DNA of 64,000 nucleotides, from the NCBI GenBank assembly GCA_008632985.1, contig QPGO01000207.1:1-64000 (forward strand), read 5' to 3'. The notes under the pieces are model-generated. The model was not told the DNA's origin. It ran no database searches and worked only from the letters and a program-made list of their open reading frames with translations. Shown piece by piece: positions 38,506 through 48,802 of this stretch; position 1 is the stretch's first letter; each line of letters begins with the position of its first letter. Both the position numbers and the translations under genes were made by a program. The DNA is from Psammoneis japonica (lineage: Eukaryota).

Positions 38506-39330
38506 ATGAGGCTGATCCGAGTGGCTTCCAACGCTAATATCTCCTCACAGTGTGGGACACGTTTTCAGGGATCATGGCAGTTTTCCTCTCGATGTCGCAC
38601 TACTTCACGCTTGTGTTCTTCGGGTTCTTCGTTGGAACCAGTGGTAGCGACGGAAGCATCACCTCTTGGTAATATTGTTCGACACGGATCCGGAGATGGA
38701 GTAATTGTTCTCAATGTGGGAGGGAAGGAATTCAAAACGCTGAGGTCAACTGTCGCAAGCAACTCGGTTCTTGCGCAACATGTAGCAAGGGCCGAGGCCA
38801 ACAAGGAATTTACTTCGGGAGGGAGTGCGGTTTTCATTGATCGGGAACCGACACATTTTGGTATCATTCTTCAGTATTTGCGGAACAGATTGGATAACGT
38901 CACTATCGCTTCTCCTTATAAGGAAAGAGTCGTTGTGGTTGCCGTGAACAAGCTCAAAAAGCACGAAAACACAAAAATATATGCCGAGAGATATGTGCAG
39001 CTACCAAAGGACGTCAACGTGCTCAAAGCCCTGTTCGGAGAGGCTTGTCATTACGATATTGTTGAACTTCAAGAAGCTCTATGTCGACAGAATTTCATTG
39101 TGAATATTGTTAGTGGCTTTGGCGGAAATCCTTTCGATACATTGAATACCATCACAACGAGTGCAAGACGAGGTCTTCTCATGCTTGGAGGAATTGGCAC
39201 GATGATCTTTGGGACACAAGCTGGCAAAGACAGCAAGAATGAAAACGAGAAAGATAAGGAAAAGTCGTGGACAGTCGAAGAGCTGGCTGAAACAGCCAAG
39301 AACCTTGTCAACGACGTTGGTAAGGCGTGA
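38506..39330 (+). CDS. KCTD-type BTB/POZ-domain protein
   Basis: VIVLNVGGKEFKTLRST, FIDREPTHFGIILQYLR, EACHY. N-terminus resembles a mitochondrial presequence. Confidence 0.85.
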   Translation: MRLIRVASNANISSQCGTRFQGSWQFSSRCRTTSRLCSSGSSLEPVVATEASPLGNIVRHGSGDGVIVLNVGGKEFKTLRSTVASNSVLAQHVARAEANKEFTSGGSAVFIDREPTHFGIILQYLRNRLDNVTIASPYKERVVVVAVNKLKKHENTKIYAERYVQLPKDVNVLKALFGEACHYDIVELQEALCRQNFIVNIVSGFGGNPFDTLNTITTSARRGLLMLGGIGTMIFGTQAGKDSKNENEKDKEKSWTVEELAETAKNLVNDVGKA

Positions 39331-39483
39331 CAAGTCGACATGGGGTATCTAGAGGGCCTAATGATACAGAAAAAACAGAGTTCTGGTACCTGGTACATTA
39401 CAAAATCGTCAATTTGCAACCCACTAAGTTGAAAGGGATCTGCAAATCTCATAACAGAAATGCAGCACCACCCAATTCATCTA

Positions 39484-40389
39484 TCATAATCCACTTGTAC
39501 GTTCATTCAAGACGTTTTGAACAGCAGCGAAGAGTTTGGTTCCCTTGTAGGCTTTGATGAGATTTTCCGCGCCAAACTTTACCAGCTCTTTGGCGACATC
39601 AATATCGGCATCTTCATAGTCCTTCTTTCCTTTGCTAGAAGCTTCTTCTATGTACGCGCTAGCCACCGACACGAGACCAAAGAGGGCTCTTCGGTTGGAT
39701 TCGTCCAACTCCAAACTCTGTGCCATGTGTTTTCTTGCAAGCCTGAGGTTATCAAGCCCACCCATAGTTGCATATGCCTCTGCCAATCGACAGTGAATGT
39801 CAGAGTCGAGTGGGCTCCCCAGCACGACCTCTTCGTAGGCGTAAGCCGCACCTTTATAGTCTCCGATCTCCAAGCGGAATCGTGCCATTTCATTCCACCC
39901 CGAAGTGTCAGACATGTTTTGTTCCAGAAACTTGTTTAGAGCTTGGCCTGCCTCCACTTCCTTTCCAGGTTGAGCCTTCAGGAGACAATACTTACGCTTC
40001 AAGGCGTACGTGTTGGCTGGATTTTCTTTCAGCAGGTCGTCGTAAATCTTTTCAGCTCCAACGGCATCCCCTGAGCTCTCAAGGCATCGCGCCAGTAGAC
40101 GGCGGAATCTAATGGCATCTTTGGGAATTACTTTACTGATTTCTGAAAGGCATTGTTCAGCCAGATCATGGTTCTGTTCGTCAAGTGCAGCAAGACAAAC
40201 CTGCTCCAAGGCTGCCAAACGGACTGATTCGCCTCCAGCCACAGACTTTTTCACATTCGGTCCCAGTAAGGCTGTACCGTGCCTTACCACTAATGAAGGT
40301 TCACGCAGCTCATGTATACGAACGTAGCGGAGAACTCCAAGATGATCGTTACGCTTGATAAGAGTGGGCAAGTCGTCATCCGCTCCCAT
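39484..40389 (-). CDS. EMC2: ER membrane protein complex subunit 2 (TPR)
   Basis: EQVCLAALD, YDDLLKENPAN...KRK, D..GWNEMA...YKGAAYAYEEVVL, RLAEAYATMGG, RALFGL. Confidence 0.88.
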   Translation of the reverse strand: MGADDDLPTLIKRNDHLGVLRYVRIHELREPSLVVRHGTALLGPNVKKSVAGGESVRLAALEQVCLAALDEQNHDLAEQCLSEISKVIPKDAIRFRRLLARCLESSGDAVGAEKIYDDLLKENPANTYALKRKYCLLKAQPGKEVEAGQALNKFLEQNMSDTSGWNEMARFRLEIGDYKGAAYAYEEVVLGSPLDSDIHCRLAEAYATMGGLDNLRLARKHMAQSLELDESNRRALFGLVSVASAYIEEASSKGKKDYEDADIDVAKELVKFGAENLIKAYKGTKLFAAVQNVLNERTSGL

Positions 40390-41225
40390 GGTTTCAGTGT
40401 AGGTAGTTGCTGCAATAATGTTGTTGATCGATTTATTAATTTTTGACCGGTCGTCGGTCGGTCGGTCAGTCGGTCGCGTCGCGTCGCAATGGTGCCTTCC
40501 GGTCTGTCAACCAGTCCGTCCATCATACAGTAGCCCTATCATTGGGCGAATGTTGATGAAAGGAAAGATGTTTGGGCACTGCGTGCATTCCTACCGTGCA
40601 CTTGAGTATTTATGATGAGTTGAAATTTTGTACGCACAGTTACCCCACATGCGATACATCGATGGAAAGCTGAGAGTCTGCTCATTCCGTGGGGGGGGAA
40701 TGGGGGGGTAAGCTCTGGCGTTTTTTTCGGAAGATGAGGTATGAGTTTTGGGTGTGATCATTGAAATATATTGAATTATTAAAATAATTAATGTTGAGCC
40801 TCATTTCTTTGATTGGCGAGCAACCGAAATTGTGGAACACTTTTGATATGCTAAACACGACCTGATTTGGACCGTTGGTATTTTAATGCATTCTACAGAC
40901 ATGTGGGCGTGCATTAAAATAGGTCCGGGGGTCAAAAACTCCAATGCGCGACCCTCAAGTGTTCCACAGTTTCAAAGTCATCGAAAATATCCAAAAACAC
41001 GGTACCCACAGGCAGTAACGAGGCAGTCCTTGTCGGTGGGAACTTTCTAGTCTTGAGTGCCATACCTCTAGTAGAGAGAACGCAGAGATTGCTGAGCCTG
41101 ACGACGGACACAGTCAACAGCGGAGCATCCTAGTTGGCGAGATTCAGAAACGAGTCAATCTCTATCTCTCTTAGCAGGACGGAAATCTCATCTCCTCCAT
41201 CTCCGGATATTCTTTAGAAGACCTT

Positions 41226-42062
41226 ATGAAGGATCTGAGCAATCCCTCGGTTACCAGCTACAACACCTTAACCCGTATCCTTTCCACGGACCGATTCATT
41301 CCGCACGACGTATTGAACACAAAGGGCCTGACCCTGCTACGAGCCGTACTAGCAGAACGAATGACGTTGGCACGAAGGAGGCATCTTGGACTTGATCGCC
41401 ATGCTGACACTGCAGCTTGGGAAAGAGACGGAGTGCTACTGAAGGACTTTGACTACTACACCAACGAGGATAACTTGGAAGAGTTCGAGGAACTCTTGAA
41501 AATGGTTGCGGCAGCGAAATCTGTATCTGTCTCGAAATTCACGTGGGTCGAACGAAATGTGACAAGCGTGGCTGATGACCCACAACTAGAACCGCACATT
41601 GACACCTTTTACAGTGTCGTCAAGATTTGGGTTTATGAGAAGGGCGTCGTCACGGCTGACAAGGGACCATTGCACTACATGCGCGGTTCCAATCGAAACA
41701 CCAAGGGCAAACTCCAATGGATGTACAATGTGTCACTGCCTCCTGCTACCGAGGCAATCCGAGAACCATCCCTACGCTTCCATGGAGACGTCAGAGCATT
41801 TTCGCGAGAAAGTATCATGACGGATATCCTTCGACCAGTGTTGCCTCTGGACAGCTTCAACCGCACAATGATTATTGCTGATACGAGCGGAATTCATCAT
41901 CGCGGAAGCGCGGTGCCAGGAACGGTGCGAAAGACAATACGAGTATCAAATGGTAATGACGGCGGTCTTCCCAGAGTAGATCCCTACTTTTGGGATGGCT
42001 GGGAACGGCCTGAAGCGACCCACGATGAGGCCGCAGAATGTTTGGTGGAACCCGTCTCGTAG
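41226..42062 (+). CDS. PhyH-like 2OG-Fe(II) dioxygenase (5' end may be incomplete)
   Basis: HxD (PHIDTF), GPLHYMRGS, ADTSGIHHRG. Confidence 0.7.
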   Translation: MKDLSNPSVTSYNTLTRILSTDRFIPHDVLNTKGLTLLRAVLAERMTLARRRHLGLDRHADTAAWERDGVLLKDFDYYTNEDNLEEFEELLKMVAAAKSVSVSKFTWVERNVTSVADDPQLEPHIDTFYSVVKIWVYEKGVVTADKGPLHYMRGSNRNTKGKLQWMYNVSLPPATEAIREPSLRFHGDVRAFSRESIMTDILRPVLPLDSFNRTMIIADTSGIHHRGSAVPGTVRKTIRVSNGNDGGLPRVDPYFWDGWERPEATHDEAAECLVEPVS

Positions 42063-42426
42063 CTTGCTTGAAAAGACGAAATAACCCTACTTTATGTGAA
42101 AAGTTAAAATAATGAAATGAACAGTGACTTTATTCTTGGGGTGTTGAAATACTGTAGGTCCACTAACGGGCAAGCTAGTCTTATCCGATGACGTCGCGGT
42201 CCTGTTTGATTTGTGCCGTCCATGGGCAAGGTCACGACAAATGTCACGGAGGCAAAGGCGTCATTATCCGGAATAGTGTTATTAGTTGCCACGGCTAGGA
42301 GTGAAAAAGCCCGTCCTGATTGGAGAGTATACACGTGAGAGCATACCATAGCCAGATCATCTGGTGGCAGACACGGCCGTGTGTGATTTCGTGCGCCTGT
42401 AATGAGTGCTTCAAACTGATGTTCAC

Positions 42427-42660
42427 AGTCACGACTCAACGTCATTCTGGTCGCATCTCACGACTACAACCCAGACTCAGATTTTCTCTTCGAAATAATC
42501 AGCTCATCACAAAATTGATTCAAACAGAAGCAACGACATTCGTCATAATTTTTAGACAACGACTTTGAACAAGCGTCTGTTTACCTCTGTTGCTGTTCAT
42601 GTTGCTGCCAACCTCCGAGGTCTTGTCCATCCCACCCAGCTGTAGGACTGCATCTCGACT
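42427..42660 (+). repeat. 5' LTR (234 bp)
   Basis: Direct repeat of 48568-48802. Ends AGTC...GACT. Confidence 0.95.
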
Positions 42661-42822
42661 GGTCACAGAGACCAATTTGCGCATTGACGAGAGCTCCTGA
42701 CCGAGTCATCATCACGGACGCTTTCGGTTTTTGATTTTGAAGCAAACCCGGGAAATGGCTGAGTCTCTCTCGCTTCTCTCGTCTTCACTCCAACAAGAGC
42801 CTCTCACACTGCACTCTCTGTC

Positions 42823-45800
42823 ATGGCTGCCATCGATCCGGCTGTTCTGGCGAAGGCGTTTGCCGACGCAATGGCCGCCAACGCCACGGCGACCGCTCCT
42901 ACGGCTCCAACCAAGCCGTCACGTGGTGGAATTCACCCAACCCACGGGGTTTACATTGGTGGTTCCAAACTCAACAACGTGAAGGACGGGGAGTGGCCTG
43001 CATTGGTTGCCAAGCCACCCGAGAGCAATCTTTCGACTGCGGATGACCCTGGGAAGACGAAGCACTGTTGTGGTTGCGGTCTCGAGGGGTGCGCCAAGAA
43101 GACATGCCCGAAGTGCAATGCCAAACCGCTGCGCGACGATCCTCCTCCCAATCCGCCGCCTGCAGACGACCCTTCCAAGAAGAAGAGGCGACCCATCGCT
43201 GCCTGGCGTGCTAAATTTGACGGAGAAACGAAGAAGGACAAGAATGGCAAGGAATGGAAGTGGTGTGCCACGTGCACGGCGAAGGGTGCCGACAAACCTG
43301 GAATCTGCCAGAAGCACTCTACCGCGGACCATGCCGACGACCACAGGCGCCCTCCCAAGGAGACCCCAGCCGGGAATTTGTCTTCCGTTGCTGATCCGGA
43401 TGGTGGCGTGCCCATGGGTCCGCCCGCTCAGACTGCCAAGGAACCAGAGGGAGACGAATCCGACCCCAACGAGTTGGTTTTCACGGGAATGTGGTGCGCG
43501 GCTGCGGATGCCGTCACCGACCCGGATTTCTGTTCCGCCCCTGTTGCTGCTGCAATTGTTGTTGCTCCGGCTTCTTCGGCCGAGAGGGAGAGCGATGCAG
43601 TCGTCAGTGCTGAGGTGGTTTGCAACGAAACGAGCCCACCTCTGCTCACCTCAGTCGTGGATCCAGTCGTGTCTCCCATCGTGGTTGAGACTGTCACTCC
43701 CGAAGACGCCGATGACTTCTGCGAATGCTCCGACGCTTTCTCCACCTTTGAAAACGAACCACCGGCTGTTGAGTTGTTTCCAGCCTCGAAGCTGTGCTCT
43801 GTCAAGCATCCAGATGAGTTCTTTGACGCTCCCGCACATTTGACGGACATGCTGTCAGATGACACAAAGTTGGATCTCATCCTTGAACACGACGTACACT
43901 TTGAAGACGCATGCCACGACTTGCCTCCGTGTGCCACGTATCGTGGCTTCGATTTCTGCGATCCAGAGGTCCTGGACACGGATGATTGTCACGAGGACGT
44001 CGAAGACGAGCCCACTTCGCGTCGCTCACTCTTGGGACGAGTCAAGCTGTTCACATTCTGGCTCGCCGCCATGTTTTGGGAAACGGTGCTGCATCTTTGC
44101 TTTGCTCCGATCCCATGCATCCCTCGAGCTCTACGCCGCCAGCGCAACCTCCCAACTTTGCACGGGTTTCCAGCCTCCTGGATGGTCCCATCCGTTGCAG
44201 TGATGGTGTGGTCAGCAGTTTACGCCGGTCAACAGCCCGAGCATCCATTCTCAAACGTGCCAAGTCGTTTTTCGACCGCTGGCTCTCAAGTCTACCACAT
44301 TGTGGAAGAGCTAGATGACCGGATGGTGTTGGATGCGGGGTCACTGTTCGAACATCACAGGATCAAAGGCACGCAAGTGCTCACCGAGTTTGTCGCGCGC
44401 CATCCGTCACACGCACTGAGCACTCGTCTCAAGGCCCACTGGGAGAGCTTGGAAGTCGCTGAACGGTCTGATGCGATGGACGAATCAGCCTTCTTTGACA
44501 CCCATGAGGAACTAGAACCTCTCGACGACCAGAAATATTTCTTCGACGCTCTTGAGGACTTCAGCCCGGATTTCTTCCGGTTTGACGAGCTCTGTCTGCC
44601 GAATCATGTCGTGGACACTGCCCATTTTCAAGATCCTGTGGAACTGTTGGAGGAAGCAAGTGTTAGACCAGTCGTCTACAATGCCTCCACCATCCAACTG
44701 CTCACCGGACAATCTCAAGCCGACCTCCTTGCATCCGATCCGCAGGCACTCATCGGTCTGTCGGACGAGGCTCTCACGGTCGTCATGGACACTGGTGCCA
44801 CGTTAGCCATCACCCCCGACAAAGATGATTTTACGGGGCCCATGACTGTTCCCAAGAAACCCTTACAGATCAATGGGATTGCCAACGGTCTTACCATCCA
44901 GGGTGCCGGTCCGGTTGCATGGGTGTTCACAACGCCAAGTGGCGCTGCCATCCAACTGAACACCATGGCATGCTACGTTCCTGGAGCCCGTCAGCGCCTG
45001 CTGTCGCCTCAACGCCTCTTCAACGAAGAGAAGGGGGTGCGTGGGAAGTGTGAGGGCGATGAAACCACTTTCCGTTTACATGTTGACGGGACAGGCAAGT
45101 TGGTCGTGCCATGTCATCCATCAAGCCACTTGCCTGTTGCGTCGATGACCAAGGGCGCATCTGCCGCTCCTCAAGTGAATCTACAGATCCTCAACGAGGA
45201 GAATCAAAACCTCACGGCAGGCCAAAAGCTTCTTCTCGAAATGCACGCCCGTTTTGGCCATTTGAACTTTGGTCGCATCCAAGCACTTCTCCGCGCAGTT
45301 CCGTTCCTGTCGAACCGTTTCAAGTCCGCAGCGAAGTGTGACCACCCAAGATGCGAGGCATGCGAATGTGCCAAAGGTCATGGACGCTCCCTTGGATCTA
45401 CTCACAAGTCGACAGTCCCTGAACGCGACGGGGCCCTTCGTGCTGACCATCTTCAACTGGGTCAGGCTGTCAGCGTTGATCATTTTGAGTCCCGCCTTTT
45501 AGGCCGCACCTTCAACTCATGTGGCAAAGCCACGTCCAAGCAATTCAAGGGCAGTTGCATCTTTGTCGACCACGCCTCTGGCCATGTCCAGGTCAAGCAC
45601 CAACTAGGTTTCTCCGCTGTTGAGACGATGCGAGCGAAGCAAGCGTTTGAGAAACATGCTTTGGACCACGGCGTCATCGTCCAAGAATTTCTTGCCGACA
45701 GTGGCGCTTTCAAGGCCAACGCTTTTGCACAACACATGCGAGAACATGAACAACGTCTCCGTTTTTGTGGAACCAACACCCATCATCAGAACGGCGTCAC

Positions 45801-48660
45801 AGAGCGGGGCATCCGCAGCATCTCCAACATGGCGAGAGCGATGTTGCTTCATGCATCAATCCACTGGAAGGGGGGAATTGACAGCTCCCCATGGCCCATG
45901 GCAGTTTCTCATGCCACGCATGTCTACAATGTCACCCCAAATTCCAAGGGACATTGCCCAGCGGACATTTTCACTGGTTCGACAGTGCCAAGACATCGGT
46001 TGCGCGACATTCACACATGGGGATGTCCGGCGTACGTGCTTGATCCGACCCTCGCTTCCGGCAAGAAACTCCCGCGTTGGGAGCCTCGCACTCGTCGCGC
46101 TTTGTTCGTGGGACTCAGTGCCATCCATTCCAGTGAGGTTCCTTTGGTCCTCAATCTTCAAACTGGAAGTGTCACTCCTCAGCATCATGTGGTCTTTGAC
46201 GATCTCTTCACTGCCGCACCATCAATCGAGAGGGAGACGGATCCACCCGATCACTGGGAACACTTGTGCCTCAACCAATCGACATGCATCCCTCTGGAGA
46301 AGGATCAAGCAGTTCGTTTGCACGATGAGTGGCTTGCCCCTCCAGAGCATCAACGTAAAGAGCGAGAACTGGCCAGAGCAACACGTGTTCGCGGCCATTT
46401 TGAGCCCACTCCATCAATTGCTGTGCCGGATTCACCCACTTCTCGCGACGACGTTGCCGATCGAGTCGCACCTGCGACTCAGCATCCAACGCCACCAGTC
46501 CCACCTGCGACTCAAACTCCCACAGACTCTATGGACTCTGCGCCAATTCAGCCACCTGAACCTCAAGACAGCAACGAACTTCCGCCACCCGAAGCGCCGA
46601 CGGAACCAACAGCTCCTCCCCCAGTCGAGACACCTCCTGTGACGAATCCAGAGGGAGTGCCAGGGCTGCGACGGTCTTCACGGTCAACCAAGGGACAGCT
46701 CAACTCTGCCAAGTTTGTGGATGAGGTCCACTTCAGCTCCGTCGAGGAAATGCCACTGCCGATCGGACACGAGGCTCAGCCAGCGCATCTGGCAACTCTC
46801 GAGACGGATTTGGACAGTGGTGCCATCAATGTCGGCAATCCACGAGCCTGCGCAGCTAGTGAGAAAACCAAGGACCCTGATGTGCCTTCGTCACACAATG
46901 CTCTGAAAGGTCCGGACGCCGACGAATGGATTGAGGCAATGAAAATTGAAGTCAACGCACTCACACATCGTCGAGCCTGGAAAGCAGTCGAGCGTCAGCC
47001 GCACGTGAGTGCACTTCCAGGTGCATGGGCACTGAAACTCAAGAGACTCCCAGATGGAACCCCTCTCAAGCACAAGGCCCGACACTGCGTCCGCGGTGAT
47101 TTGCAGAAAGAAGGAGTCGACCACTTCGAAACCTGCGCGCCGGTTGTGCAATGGTCCAGCATCCGACTCATGCTCACTGCGGTGTTAAAGGAGGGATGGA
47201 CTGCACGTCAGGTGGACCACACCACAGCCTTTTGCCAAGCTGATGTTGCCGAGGAAGTTCACACAACACCGCCGAAGGGATTTGCGCCAAGGTCGGGACT
47301 CAACATGGTTCTCAAACTTTTGAAAGGACTGCACGGCCTAAAACAGTCTCCCAAAGGCTTCTGTGAGAAGTTACGAGCTGGTTTAACCGAGCATGGATGG
47401 GTGCCTTCAGCCTCAAATCCCTGTTTGCACTTCAAAGAGGGCATGATGTGTGTGGTGCACGTCGACGACACCGTTTTTGCTGGAGCTTCAGCTGAAGCTC
47501 TAGAAGCCGAAATTCGCAAGTTAGGAGTCTCCGACGACGAACATCGCCACGCATTTGAACTTAGAGATGAAGGAGAAGTCGGCAACTTTCTCGACATCAA
47601 GATCGAAAAGCTCTCTGAGGGTCGATTTCTGCTCACTCAACCCGGTCTAATTGACAAGGTCCTGCACACCGCACAGATGCAGGACTGCAATGGAGCATCT
47701 GCTCCAGCTCTGCCTGCGGCTGTTGGTGCCGACACGGACGGCCCACCTTTTGATGAACCCTGCGATTGTCGCTCAGTTGTTGGAATGTTGATGCACTTGG
47801 CAGCGAACAGCCGGCCAGACATTGCATGTGCCACACACCAAGCAGCTCAATTCTCGTTTGCACCCCGAGCGTCCCACGCTGCTGCAGTGAAGCGGATGCT
47901 CCGACACCTCAAAGCAACTGCTGCTGAAGGTCTCATTCTCAAGCCTGCGCAAGATCATCGAGTTGATTGTCACGTCGATTCTGACTTCGCGGGGTCATTT
48001 GGTGTGGAAGATGGTCAAGACCCAGTTTCTGTCAAGTCCAGGACTGGACACCTCATCTGCTGCGCCGGCTGCCCGCTTGTCTGGGTGTCCAAGCTGCAGA
48101 CTCTTGTGGCATTGTCGACTGTGGAAGCGGAATGTGTCGCACTTTCTCAAGCCATGCGCGATCTCATCCCCATTCGTGAAGTTCTCAAGGAGCTCAACCA
48201 CCACGCACTCGGAAAGTCTGACCGCCAAAACCCTGCCACGACTCACTCCAAGGCTTTTGAGCTCGTAACCCAAGGCACCGATGACTCGCCTGCAGCACAG
48301 AATGTCCTGCCTGTGTCCGTTGTGCACAAAGATGACTCTGCGTGCCTCAAGTTCGCACGCATGCCCAAGTTGTCTCCGCGAACCAAACACATCGGTGTCC
48401 CGTGCCACTGGTTTAGGACCAAAGTCAAACAATTGGAGATCGACATCCAACCTGTCAGTGCTCTAGAGCAACTGGCCGATCAGTTCACGAAGGGACTGCG
48501 GACCGATGCGTTCCGTGCGGCTGGAAAGGCTCTTGTGGGCTGGTCAGCTCTCTCGGTTGAGAGGGAGAGTCACGACTCAACGTCATTCTGGTCGCATCTC
48601 ACGACTGCAACCCAGACTCAGATTTTCTCTTCGAAAATGATTGGCTCATCACAAAATTGA
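42823..48660 (+). pseudogene. Copia gag-pol: frame open but conserved residues mutated
   Basis: Zn knuckles, protease MDTGA, HARFGH...CEAC, integrase SVD/ADSG/HQNGVTER, RT HVDD (for YVDD) and LHGLKQSP (for LYGLKQ), RNase H HVDSDFAG and EAEC. Confidence 0.92.
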
Positions 48661-48802
48661 TTCAAACAGAAGCAACGACATTCATCATGATTTTTAGACA
48701 ACGACTTTGAACAAGCGTCTGTTTGCCTCTGTTGCTGTTCACATTGCTGCCAACCTCCGAGGTCTCATCCATCCCACCCAGCTGCAGGACTGTGTCTCGA
48801 CT
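48568..48802 (+). repeat. 3' LTR (235 bp)
   Basis: Follows the polypurine tract and is followed by TSD TTCAC. Confidence 0.95.

Larger units (their letters stand above)
42427..48802 (+). mobile_element. Ty1/copia LTR retrotransposon, hypermutated
   Basis: Two LTRs, 5-bp TSD TTCAC (42422-42426 and 48803-48807), polypurine tract GAGAGGGAG (48559-48567), PR-IN-RT-RH domain order. Confidence 0.97.

Noticed and set aside
38051..40936. 11-bp inverted repeat TTTGACCCCCG / CGGGGGTCAAA around the BTB and EMC2 genes
   Set aside because: Short enough to arise by chance, no TSD seen, and the enclosed genes are ordinary.
42823..48660. Active retrotransposon inferred from the unbroken 1945-aa ORF, or a Tyr codon reassignment
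   Set aside because: Conserved residues are mutated to both His and Cys. A->G at TpA rarely creates stops. Neighbouring host genes use Tyr normally.
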